Assembly: GCA_977017645.1 (NCBI GenBank)
Contig: OZ360249.1
Span: forward strand, 35,092,001-35,156,000
DNA from: Torpedo marmorata
Taxonomy: Eukaryota
Reading direction: 5' to 3'
Length of the DNA: 64,000 bases
The notes beneath the pieces were generated by a model. That model was not told the DNA's origin. It ran no database searches and was given only the letters and a program-made list of their open reading frames with translations. The position numbers were made by a program, and so were the translations under genes. Shown here one piece after another: positions 23,564 through 36,678 of the stretch. How positions within the stretch are numbered: position 1 is the first letter of the stretch; the number at the start of each line of letters is the position of its first letter.

Positions 23564-24709
23564 AGGAAAGCATTTTGTCTGTAGTTTGATCTTTCCAAAT
23601 GGACATGTCAAACCATATTTAATTAAACATTGTTTTAAGAGTTATATGGTTTAGTATGTGCCTTATAAACATATATAAAAATATTGAATGACAATTCAAC
23701 CATCCCATCAGTGAAATTTACAAACTGAAATTCAACAACATAAGTGTAGAATATATTAAATCTTCTGCCTCTTGCAACAGATTGATATTGCCCCCACCTT
23801 GCCTCCATATGAATGGAAAGAAAATTTCACAGGTGCAATATCCACTAATGAGCGATGTGCAGGTATGACCAATTGTAGCATTGTATCCAAACTGACTCAG
23901 GTTGATCAGAGAATCTGGTGTGGAAAAGTTGGCAGTTAGAATAGTAGATATACATGGAGTTGTCTATAACAATAATAATAACAATAATAACCATTACAGA
24001 CAGTTGTCCTTTTGATTAAATTAGCTAAATTCAATGGGCATTTTAGGAAAATGAAATGGACATTTTAGTCAAGCATTGCACAAACTATTTGTTTCTCAAG
24101 ATTTGACACAAAATTCTGAAAAGTTTTTAAAAAATGATTAGTTTGAAAACCAAGTCTTTATTTTGTACTAGTTTATATTTTCAAATAGTGTTACAGTGAA
24201 TTGTAATATCATTACAGCAATACATTTCCAATTTTTTGCAATGGAATTGCACAAAACACACAGGGGGCAGCTTTGTTTTGAGGGGGGGAGATTTACTGCA
24301 TCATTTCGAGCACACTCATGGATGCAAATATGGTGCAATTAACCTGTACCTGCTAGAGGATGAAACGTGTAAAATGTTGTCTGAGGAAATAATCATTTAG
24401 GTCCAATAACTTTACAGAACCTTTACAATCTGTACCCATATTTCCCATTCATATGTATTTATATTAAATGTGTGGTAACTTGAGGGAATATTTCCCTACA
24501 AACACAAACAAAAGTCCCTCTCCCTCCCCAAACAACACATAAAGCATGAGCTTAACAAGCTATTATTATTTTCTGCTTTTTAGGTAAAATAATATTTTCA
24601 TTACAAGGGGTGTTGTATTAAAGGAGTTTGTGGAATGTTGCTCAAATGACGTTTTTACTGTGTTAACAACTCTGCAAAACTCAAGCACAAATGGGGTTAT
24701 CTCTTTTTT

Positions 24710-24820
24710 TAGATATTAAGGGAAACGATGGATATGGGGTTGGTGCATGAAAGTGACAGATCAAGGTGAAACTGACGCAAAGGGTTGAATGGCCCATTTC
24801 ATCTTCTGCTGCTTCTCGTT
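24710..24820 (+). mobile_element. Short decayed CR1 3'-tail remnant
   Basis: ggatatgggg...agggttgaatggcccatttc resembles the CR1 tail at 13664-13765. Confidence 0.4.
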
Positions 24821-27800
24821 ATTCTTCGCCACGATAGGTTTGCAAATTTGCGCTTTTATTGGCAGCGAATAGGGTATGTGCTTCAAGATTCAATGAGACA
24901 TAGTGAAAATGAACCAAACGAATACATTGTTCATTTCGCAATGAAGTCTCCGATTCCTTGATAATGAATAAAGGTACTGTTAATTCGCCTTCTCTGTTAC
25001 ATAATATTGTTTGCCAGTTTTAGAACCACTGATGTTGAGGAATAAAGCTCCACGTTCCAAGATATACAGTATCATGTTTTTTTTACTGCAATTGATATTC
25101 CAAACATTCAATATGTGTTTAGTTGTGCACAATCGAAACAGAGTATGCACAAGGCGCAGAGAAATTTTTGGGGGTAAAATCATGTGTTAAGTACAACTGC
25201 TGTTCAATTTTGCCTGTAGCCCACTCGTCCACGTCTACTCCCAGATTAAAACTAACGTTAGGGAGTTTGACTCCAAACTAAAGGGCCGAATAAATGGACC
25301 TTAAACAGCAACACAAGTTTATTGCCTGTCAGTGAATCAATACTGTTCGCAAAATTCACGGCCCAAGAACATTAAAATAACTTTTCTTTAATCTATCCGC
25401 CAAGTCGTATATTCAAGTGACTTAACGCTCAGAGCGTCCCTTTCTCAAACAACCTATCCCCATTACACTTAAATATGAGATGGCAATCACGAAACAATTC
25501 GAATTGTTTTAAAATATCGAAATGCTCGAAGTGCAGGAAATGGGATCGAGATCTGAACTGGAAATTCTGAGATAGATACCTCGGTGAACTGTGAGGAAAG
25601 GTGACGACTACCTTTGTGAAGCATCGATTATTACTATGTGCAATGGTGTTCTGCTTTGCACTTTACCGCCGGCTTTTATTGTAGTCCCTAAACTCTTGGC
25701 ATGAGGGATATGTTATATCTTCTCCTTACAGCTCTTTGCATCGCCGAAGAAGTAGGTAGTTAAACGGTACACTCATTTCTGTCGGCTGCTATCAGCGATT
25801 TGAATAGTGTTGGTCTTGAATTAAAGGATAAACATAATATTTTAAATAAAGCAATGCAGGACGGTGGCGTCGGGGGGTGGGTGGGGGAGTGGGCGGGGTT
25901 GCGGCTGTTTATCCATCAGACATAAATGCAAAGTTAAAAAGAGTCACTTTGAAACACTTATGTTTAATTATCTTACGAAGCTGATTCGTGCACAAAATCA
26001 TTTCAGGTTTTGGAGCGAGAGAGAAAAAATACTAATTAAATCCAGTATCTGAGGACTGGAGATGTTTGATAACTAAAATCTTCATCAGCAATTTATCTTC
26101 CTGGAACATAATTTTACTGCAAAGCACTGCTTTCATAGCTCTGACGAGTCCTATTAATCTTCTTCACCAAGTTTTCGATAGGAGTCTACAGCTATTTGTG
26201 CCATGTGATCCACGAACATCTAAATTGTCATCTGAAAGGGCAGAAGGGAGATTCCACACAAGCCTACTTCCATTGTACAGTTCGAAGGAGAACACACATA
26301 CAATCGAAACCCGAACCTGTTCAGTTTGAATTGACAAGTGTTCTCCTGTCTCACACCCGTACTATTTTATGTCATATAAATTCCAAACATAGAGAACCAG
26401 TCTCTTCGAATTGGGAACTCGGTGCACGCACCATTGTAGAAAATGCAAAACCAAAAGTTATCATTAGGCTTCGTAAAATTCACTGTATTTGAGAGAAAAC
26501 ATAATAATGCCCCATCAATTGTAATAACTATGTAGAATCAACATATCAGTAAGCAGTTGTATGCAATAGAATCAGGTTATCATTGGGAATATGCAGGAGT
26601 TGGAGATAGGTGGGAGGGAAGGTTATAGTTAGGGCCTGGACCTTTATGTTGCAAACGGACTTTTTCTTAGAGAGAGAGAAAAAAAGCGGTATTTACCCAG
26701 AATATTGTTCCGGTTTATCATAATATGTTGGCAGATGTGTCCACAATTCTTCTGGTAAGACACTTTGTAAAGTATTTAGAATACCAACAAATAAATACAA
26801 AACTTTAAAACTATTGATTTTGCACTGCGTGTGTTAATAATGTTAGGAAAACGAAGTATAAAGAAACTGGTTTGCGTTGAATTACGAAAAAATATCAATG
26901 ACATTATAAATTTGATGTAAAGTTGTAAGGAGATGGAGAATCATTGAGTAACCCTATTGCAATGTCACGGCACAACGGAGTCAAACTTATCTCTTACTAT
27001 TATCACCCTTACAAACTACATCCACTTTGATTGTAAAGAGAAGAGGGAAGGGGAAAGGAAGAGATAGAAAAATGCTGGCGTTCTGCCTAAAGAGAAATCA
27101 TTGAAACAAATTAATCCTTCGCCGGTTAAATTGACATGGCAATCCATCATCGCAGAGCCAGCCTCTGAAAGCAATCTACTGCCTGCGTGTTCTCAGATTG
27201 GCCCTGGGGGCACAGAGACAGATAGAGAAGGTGAGGGGTGGGGGATGGAGTGTAACCTGCACCTTTAAATGAACAACAAAGTGTTTATGGAAGGATGTAA
27301 AAAAAAAGCACACATCGAAGTTAAAGCATCTAAATCAGTGATTAATGAAAGTTAAAACGAGTAGTGATTTGACTGTTCAGGGAGAAATTCAAAGTAGACA
27401 GCAGGTGAAAACGAGCACTGGCTGTTCACTACACCTTACATAAACAATATGGTTATGGTTCTTTGGTTAAGAAAATATGACACAGCCTCAAATCCAGAGT
27501 AGTAAAACAGAATAAGAGTCCAGCGGTTGGATTCGTCTTTAATAAGCAGCAAATAAAAAAAGTGAAATCATGTTTTAAAATGGACAATGAAACACTTAGT
27601 TATCATTGACATGAAAAGAGATGTAGACAAGGGGAGAAAGTCCCATTGATTGACTAATAAATGGAAGGGATAAATTGCTTCGTATAATCCGCATGACGAC
27701 AGTTTGTTCAGAATGGGGGACTGGTGTGAAAGGGGACTGATAACTTATTTAATACTTGGCTGAGCTCTAAACTCTCAGTTAATACTATCTTGCATTTTGG

Positions 27801-30418
27801 AGAAGTTGCATGAGAGATCGTCGTAAACAAGAGGAGAGCAAATTTACAGAGTTGTCCGGGGATACACGTAAGACCCTTACCAATACATGAAGAGGAAACG
27901 CTGTAGAAACCTGGCGTTTCCCCAATAATTAAAGTGGACAGTGACAAATTGGTTTACATCGGTAACACAAATCGTGTCTGCACTTGTTTAGGAGCAACTA
28001 GGAAAGTTTTTTAAAAATGGTTTGCAGGAATTTCTATAAGTTTAATATGTTGAGTCCAACAGTGCGTGTGTATGTAATCACTAGATTTATTAAATTCCAT
28101 TTCTTGCCTTTTCTGAAACTATACTCACTATATCCATCATTTTGTTAACAAACATTCACCTTTTTGCCGCAAATCATCTTTCTGACAATCCCGGTTGACA
28201 CCACTTGTTTATTGTTCGTTTCTTGTTGTCTTTATGTATCGATCAAGTATCTCTTGCTGCCTTTCAACATCATTTATGGTGTAACGTAAATGAGTTCAAA
28301 GCGCGCCGTGAATTTGTTCGGATTAATGTATGCGTTCGGTATGGTCTTGAATTAAGAAAATCACACGTGTTACCAATTGTTTGTTTTTGTGCTGGGGAGA
28401 AGAATTTTTTATCGGATTCTTCAGACAACGCACAATAAATCTGGTAGACCGGTTGGGATGCTGAGGAGAGAAAGATCTTTTTGTCAATTCAGTTGCTACA
28501 AACATAATGAATATGAAACTTAATAATTTTAACTATATGAGATATTAAAAGAGCGCATGCACAATAAGCTATTGCCAAAATTCCAATTGCGAGATCAGCG
28601 TTCAGTTTAAAAAGTAACAGTTAATCCTATATTTTTCTGGCATCTTCGCAACACACGCTACCTCAAAGAAGTTTATCACGAAAAACCAATACTGATTCTC
28701 GACCGTGTATCCAGTCAAACATCAATCAGATTCTAACAACATTCTCGTTTACTCTAAATCTTTCCGCCCAGCCTTCAAACTCGATCAGACTATTTTTTTA
28801 GCGTGTTCATTAGCCTGATTAATCTTTGTTATATTTTGGGTCCGTATGGGTTAATCGGGGCATCAGCGTGAGTCCCGGGGTCATAGGTGCTCATCCTAGT
28901 CTTGGCGCAGGACTTCTGCAAGAAGGTGAGGGAAAACGCATTTTCTCTCACACACAAACGCACACACCATCATCCTCTCCACCTGCAGCTCGCAGTTTGT
29001 CTCCAGGGAGTGCAAAACAGGAGATGACACTCTGCAAATCGCTAATTAGACTTTCCCAGATACCTCGGGATGCAGTTTGCCTTTTCGTTTCTGTACAGCT
29101 TTACGGCTAAATATAGATGGAATCTCAATTTATTTAACATTTTATCTAGTTTTGCTTCAGCATTTTTAAACGTTTCTGTTTATCTCAATGTTGTAATACA
29201 TACGATTTAACCGTGGGATGCATTGGAATGTACACATATCCTTTATTCATGTATGGGGTATGTACCCTGTTTGTGCGTCCATCCTTTTCGCTTTATAACA
29301 TCACTTAAGACAAATGCAGTTGATGTTCAACTCCCTGCATCTTCCACAGATGTTTCACCTCTCGCGACCGCTTCAATTCTCTTTACCTAATTTTATAGAA
29401 CAGTCTTATTTCTACCCTTGCTCTTGCACTTACCCCCACCGTCAGAAATCGCTTTCCAATCAATGTCTATTGATTTCAGCGCCTCTTTTTATCCTGTTAT
29501 CCCCACATCTGAAACATGCCTTTAAAACCTCTCTTTACACACAACGATTTACCCCTTTGCTCCGTTCTCACCAGCGAAAAACAATCGATATGCCCGTGTT
29601 ATTTGTGTGTGATCAGTAAATATTTAGTGTGGTGACATCTTCAGCTTCTCTCCCAATCGATACAAAACCCAATAGGCGGCGTGTTGTAATCTGTAGACAA
29701 CTACTGTCTGCTGTTCTCTATGCTGTCCCCTTTATGCCTTTTTCTTTCTTTCTGGTCCTCTGTTAAGATCAATTTCTTCTCGCCTCAACCTCTGAATCAC
29801 GCGAGTAACCCTTTAGTGCGACATGATACATAATCAACTGGGTAGCTTGTTATCATCATCTTTCCATTCATATATCTGTGTGAATCTTATTAAAACTGCG
29901 CTGCACATTGCTAGTTATTAGGCTTATCCAGTGCCTTTTGGTGCTGTTCCGAATTTTAGTGGTGCCATGCACGCGAATAAATAAACGGTGTCATGTTTAT
30001 TTCTAGCAATCCAGAACTATTAAACCCGTCTTTCTAATTTCACTATTGGCAGGAATAATAACGTTCGCACATTTGTCATTATTCTGACTTTTGAAAATGA
30101 ACTCAGAAACTACAGATACATTTTTTTAATCCACTGCAGTGCTGTTAGTATTTTTTCATTGTCAAACAGCCCTGTGCCTATATCCTTGGCAACGAAGTCA
30201 CAATATTATGTTCTTACACGTTGCGCACACTTCTCTAGAATTAAGCACTGTTAACATTTTTTGTAAAAAAGTATTCACTCAATATATTTAACATGGTTGT
30301 GACTAAAATAAATCATTTATAAATAAAACGAACTGTACATTGGTGTTTAAAATGTTTCACTTATTAATCGGCCTTATCACAATACAGCCACAGTTTATTT
30401 TAAGATTATCGGTGCTGA

Positions 30419-30429
30419 ATATATATATA

Positions 30430-30467
<38 letters not shown>

Positions 30468-30491
30468 TAGATAGATAGATAGATATAGATA
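30419..30491. repeat. (TA)n/(GATA)n microsatellite
   Basis: Read directly from the sequence. Confidence 0.95.
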
Positions 30492-32011
30492 CTAATAAAA
30501 CAGAGTTAGATGTACAGGCGTTAAACACCTTGAAAATAAGCAGTGTTCACACCATCAATAATTAAAAGATAGTGTAATTATATTAGCGATAAGATTTATG
30601 GCCAAATGCACGAAAGGTCGTTCTCCTTGGTTTGACATTTTACTTGTGATTTTCTTCTTTTTAACATAAATATTTAGCTTGAAAAAGACCGTACTGTCGT
30701 ATACGCTATAGGTATATAGTGTCCAGTGGAAAGGCCTGTATGTGTTGTTTAGGTTCTGATATCTATTGTGCCATTGGAAGTGGCTATATGGAAAAGTGAT
30801 GGAGCGGCTAATACTGGCAAGATTTGGAAGTGCACACGTACTTAATGGTTTAATTGCAGCAGATTCCAACCCGAGAATCCGGAGGGTGAGCAGTATTTAG
30901 CTGCAATCAGGCCAGAAATGTAGCACAAGATTTTTCTCTTGAAAGAGCGCCTATGTGTCCATTGAAGAGCGCTGATCCGAAAAGACAGAGGGGACAAATA
31001 AAAATCGATCTGAAGCGACCCTGGCCGTCCTTTTCACACGATTCACACACAATCCCCTCTCAACTCTACCAAGACAAAGGCCTGGGACCGGAGGGATTCT
31101 CCACAAGCTACAGATACCCTTTTGGAAAACGCGTAGATAATTATATACTGGGCATAAACCACACTGTATAACACCAGATCATCTCAAACCTCAAAGAAAT
31201 ATTTGCTCTTCTGCAAAGCATTCATGGAAGTGGAGACAGGCATTTAGCATTGGGGCAATGGGCGGCTTTTGCATTATAAGTCTGAAACAACTTTATAGAA
31301 GAAACAGAACACAAATAAATTAACTTCGACATTAAGTTCTCCGAATCCCAGCAACCACACAATCGGCTACTATTGGCGAGGGGTAGAGGGTAATATGATA
31401 TATTCCCTCCTCTCCTTGCTAGACTACTCTAGTCGCAGTGTACTTCTGGTTTGCAACTGATGCATGCATTCTGCACTGTTGTCTGTACTTTTGGCCTCCA
31501 TTGCCTTCATCCCGTCCCTCCCCCGAAAAATCCATATATTGGAAACTTTTCTAATAGCGTAGAACTGACCAGAGCAAAGGAGCGAAATTGCGCAGGACAA
31601 GGGGTACTAATCGCTCGGGGGGGTTTAAAAGGCGCGGATCGCATTCCTCTGCACTTTCCCCAATTCGGCGCTATCGAAAGGCCCATAAAGTTAACCGTAA
31701 GATTGGACAAAAGTTAAATTGCAAATCGAAAGTACTTCCCTGGTTTCTGAATATTTATATGAGCCTCTCGCTCTCGCCAAAGGCTACCTTTTTTTTTTAA
31801 TCAGTTTACACTATCGGTCGAGCAAACAGATGACGGTCGATGAAATGAATGATTCTCTTCAATAGGCAAATAGATCAGGTGAGGAGGAGACGAGCCCTCC
31901 CTTCAGTTCACCTGCCAGAAAAAAAGAGATTCATCTCACTCAGTAGTTTCCAACTCGGTTCCGCCAAGATTCTCAACTTCCTGTGTCCAGAGGAGATTCC
32001 AACCCGTCACG

Positions 32012-32063
32012 ATGCAAATAATTTCGGACACTGAACAAAGACAATTGCAAGCAATGATGTTTG
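32012..32063 (+). CDS. NR2F2: Candidate alternative first coding exon of NR2F2 (DBD-less isoform)
   Basis: acgATG start (A at -3), encodes MQIISDTEQRQLQAMMF plus G, then donor G|GTATGT at 32064. The phase-1 end fits exon 2. Resembles the recalled human isoform-b N-terminus MQAVWDLEQGKYGF. Confidence 0.65.
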
Positions 32064-33207
32064 GTATGTTTTTAATAAATATATATGTTTCTACTTTTGT
32101 TTACTTAATCGAGGGAAATACGCTTTTCTTGATCAAAACATGATCGTTCTTAAACACCTGTATTAATTAATCTATATTATGTTGACACGAAGCAGGTTTT
32201 GAATTTCAACACATGCTGTACTTTGTAGCCAATTGAATATCCGTCAAAACAATTAAAGTTTTTGCTTTAATTATTTCTAGATTTAATGGGGAAAAATCAC
32301 TAAATCAAGCTCGGGTTCTCGTTCTGATGAATTTGATAATCTACTCCCCGGTTCTTATGTTCCGCATAGTTATGTACGTGTTTCCAAATGTAATAGCGAT
32401 CGGAAATTGAATCGAACCGTGAATGGGTTACAGTGTCGCACGATGGTGTAATATTAGGGACTATGTAATAGAAACATCAGAAATAAACATGTTTGCCGAC
32501 CTCTAAATAAAGCTAAGGGTCCCAGAAACCTTTCTCAAGCGGTTGCCCGTCGAGTCCGCAGAAATCCACAGCCCCTGTCCCGTGTTTCAATGAATTAGAT
32601 TTGTTTATTCATTCATTGCTAAATTGCTGTGTAATACTGCTTTGATTTACAACGCTGTATATCGCCGGCGAGCTCATTAAAAAAAAAACTTGTGCATTAA
32701 AATAAGAAAACAGTTTGAATCGCCGCAAATGAGCGAGTAAACGCTGCTACAATCAACAGATTTAATTTGAACTGTGTATTAGAAATTGGTACTCACCACT
32801 TTTATTTAGATCCAGAAACGCATCTGATGATTTTTTTTTGTGGGAAAATAAATGTTTATTTATTTGAGGGGCGAAGCAGCGGGTTCGATTTGGCAATACT
32901 GCTTCAGATGAATCGTTTTAGAGAGGGGAAAGTCTATTAGCAATCGGTTGTTTTTGAAATAAGACCAATTCCAGGCACCTAAGCCAACCCATACGTCCAG
33001 GCAGATCTAGAAAAAAAAACAAAGCGACGGAGATCACGCAGTCCCGCTCAGCAACGTCCAAGTCAATTAGAGAAAAATCCTAAAGAATTAATCACATTAA
33101 AGGTGCAGAAGTTTTTTTTCGGGGTATAAAGGACGCGTTGTGAGCGAGGAGGCGCCGCGATCCCTTTGAATGGCTTTGCTGCTCCAGAGTTCTACAGCGA
33201 CACTCCA

Positions 33208-33224
33208 TACGCTAGGTGGCAGCC
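33208..33224 (+). promoter_or_regulatory. Candidate CTCF site
   Basis: acgctaggtggcagc is close to the CCASYAGRKGGCRS consensus. Confidence 0.5.
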
Positions 33225-35981
33225 AGATACTGTACAAGATTTTGACAAATTCTCCAGCATATGCTGCGATTTAGCACTGTAAATTTTTCAGAAGCCCGCT
33301 GCACTGACAGCTCCCGGCGGTTATCAAAGTGCCACAAGTCACCGCTTAAAAACTGCAATGACTTTGAGATCACCGGGACACAATGGGAACCACTTTCCCT
33401 ATTCATTGTGTTGAAATGTCGTGAGAGAGAAAAAAAAAACAGGGCGAATTCACAGGGAACTCAAATTCAATAGATCTAGCTGGTTATCAGTGTACAACTG
33501 GGAAGCAAGTGGCATCTAGTTTGTGTTATAAATAACCATGCCACGGTTAGCATACAACACAATATTAATTTAACAAATCCTATACACCGCCATCCTTGGA
33601 AATGATTTAAACTCCGACTGAATGGTTTCTGATTGTCGCTCTCGTTGGTTCGGAGTAGCTCAAACTTACTTTTGAAATTATCACAAAGTATTACCTTGCT
33701 GTCATTAAAAATAAACAACGATTCAATTTTGCTCCACAAACCATGTTTCAAAATGTTGCCTTCATTTCTTAAAAGGGCCTTTGGCAACGCCACCCTTGGC
33801 TAGTTAACAGTGATATTATTGACACGTTTAATTACGAACAAAAGATATTCATTTCATATTTCTCCAAACTCTAGTTTCTCGACTTATCTCCTCAAAATTA
33901 TTTATTTTTGCATAACTAATTTAAACTGTTCAATTTAAAACCCCGTGCACTTTTTTTTTTGCAACGTGCAACATATATTGCTTTAGATGCTAGACTGGAG
34001 GTTGTGTCCTTTCTTTGCTGAACCATGTGAGCGATTGCATTGTGAAATGGACATTGCAAGGAAAATAAGTTGATTTACCTACAAGTAAACACATCATGTG
34101 TTAGAGATTTTAATCATTTCCTTTAATTGTAAGGACTCCACTGAGGAACTGTACCTATATACAATGTGCATTCGAATAGAATTCTGTAGTAAGGTCAGTA
34201 TAGAGAGAAAACATTATATTATCAAAGTAACGGTATTTAAGGTACTACCCATTGGACTTTAAAGGAACACCTGTTTAATGCACTCTACCCAGGGTCATGT
34301 ATTATATACTTGAACGGGTGTAATTTCGTATTTTATATATAAATTGCGTAACAATGCAATCATCGATAAGCGTGAGAATTTCTGAATATTCCCGGTAACG
34401 CATTCTATGAATTTTGAAAACATGTATAATGTGTGCATGATACATCTAAAAAAATGCTTTAAAGTACATATATATTAAAGTATATACTTCTTTGGTTAAA
34501 AACGTGAAATGCGCAGTTACAATTCATCTGGAGCGGACTTCTAACAGCACGCAGCTTCCCACAATCATACATTTTCTCCATACACTCATTCAATTCCATG
34601 TACTGATTTAGTATACTGGAAGAATTTGGCTAAGTATTAATTGCTGCAATTAAATATAACACATAATGCGGCCAGACTCGCCAAAAGAATTCAATTTACG
34701 TGAGTCTTTATATTTCTCATGACAAAATTTGTCAAATCTGCTCTGTTGAAACGTCAATTTCCCAGTTAATTTTAGTAGTACTGCCAACAGAGTAACCCAT
34801 CCAGCCCAGAGTGACCACTGAATATAACGTGGCATAAATAAAATATCGCCCACCCGAAGTAAATACACGATACATTGAAATATTTTATTATGGAAGGACA
34901 AGGGAGAAAGTGGTATCGCAGCAACCCCACTCCAAAAAATCGTCAGTACACAGTTTTGAGGATTTTTATGCAATNNNNNNNNNNNNNNNNNNNNNNNNNN
35001 NNNNNNNNNNNNNNNNNNNNNNNNNNNNNNNNNNNNNNNNNNNNNNNNNNNNNNNNNNNNNNNNNNNNNNNNNNNNNNNNNNNNNNNNNNNNNNNNNNNN
35101 NNNNNNNNNNNNNNNNNNNNNNNNNNNNNNNNNNNNNNNNNNNNNNNTATCTAGATAACCAGTTACACGCGCAGTACAAAACTCTTTTCACATTTTAGTA
35201 TTTCAAAGTAAACACATTATTTATCTGAATTAATAATGGTTCATCAGATGAATGAGACCCTTTCGAATATTCATAGCTTTTCTAAGACAAGATACCCTGT
35301 GGAACGCACAGAAACTATTATTCTCCATAAACTTGCAATAGCTGATTTTTGACATCACTTTACCTCATTGTATTTGGACGTTTTCATGAAAATTCATCAT
35401 AACCCTCGCTACCGTTAGGATGTCCCAATGAAATAAAATAGCATCGCCCGCCAGTGGTACATCTTCAGCATCAACTTCTGTCCTTGATAAAACTGAAGCG
35501 ATTTAAAAAAAAGATGGTATTGATTGTTCAGGAAAACACTTCTCATAGAACCTATGAAATTTATATACACATTATTAGGCATATTGTAAACTCAGAAGTA
35601 GTTTCTTTAATAATGTCAAATATATTCTTCATATATCAAATTTATTTTTCCACAAGACACGCCTGTATAAATAATTTTAATTAGGACTATTCAATATTTA
35701 TTGTTGCATGAGCTTGCCGAGTCTTTTATTGCATATCCTTTGTGAGATTATTTCATATTATCTATATATTAATTTTATCTATATACGGCTCATTTGTGAT
35801 AGTTGCATTTATAAAATCTACTATTCCCCAATGCTACCCATCCTTCCAGATTTTAATGAAAATTGGAGGTGGTGATGGTGGGGGGATAAAAAACTTATTT
35901 TTCGAAGTGGACCTTTGCGCATGGATTTAATGTAAATTTGTTGCCGGCCAGGATGTTCTAGATAATAAGTAAGGTGCCTAT

Positions 35982-36170
35982 CCAATGCGGTGCAGGGGGC
36001 GGGCCAGATGTCCCAGCCCCTCGAACCTAAAGCTCTGACCAGTCGCCTTTGATTGTCAGTCGCCAGCAGCCGCCGCTTGGCTCCGTCACTCGGCAGCGCC
36101 ATATAAGGAAAGCATCTCCATAGAAACGTGTCAGTTTCAATAGTCGTGTCAAAGTTCACTATATACAGCC
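35982..36170 (+). promoter_or_regulatory. NR2F2: NR2F2 proximal promoter
   Basis: CCAAT 35982-35986, GC box ggggcggg 35996-36003, CArG CCATATAAGG 36099-36108, DR1 GTGTCA-A-AGTTCA 36146-36158 and TATATA 36160-36165. The DR1-next-to-TATA layout is known from mammalian COUP-TF promoters. Confidence 0.85.
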
Positions 36171-36189
36171 ATCCGCGCAGATTTCCCCT

Positions 36190-36638
36190 TTCAGAAAAAT
36201 TACTCCGCAAGCCCGCTCGTTCAAATCGGATTCACTTCCAACCCCCTTTTGCATATTTGATCAGTTTGATTCTCTCTCTCTTCCTTTTTTTGCCTCCTCT
36301 CGCATGAGAGAGGTTTCTATAGCTCTCCCTTTTTCACGACGTCGACTCTTTTTTTTTGTAGTCTCTTTTGCTGGCGAGTTGTTGACTCTCATCGTGTGTA
36401 TGTGCAGTTCCAGCACTACCAGTACGGCGGAGAATTTATGATCAGTTGATGGTCGGGCACTTCTACTCCGGATCGTGCATCTGTCTGCAAGAGTCGATCT
36501 TTTTTTTTGTTTTCAATCTTTAACCTTTCGTTTCCCTTCTTCCTTTTTTGATGGGTTTCCTGAATGGCTGACTGCGTGCTACCCTGGTCTTGGCCCCCCG
36601 ACACTCACCTCCTCTCTGCCGATCGGGCTTGAACTGCT

Positions 36639-36678
<40 letters not shown>

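Noticed and set aside
34875-35198. ORFs containing X runs (also near 11.0, 42.1, 48.9 and 52.9 kb)
   Set aside because: They are artefacts of translating through N gaps.
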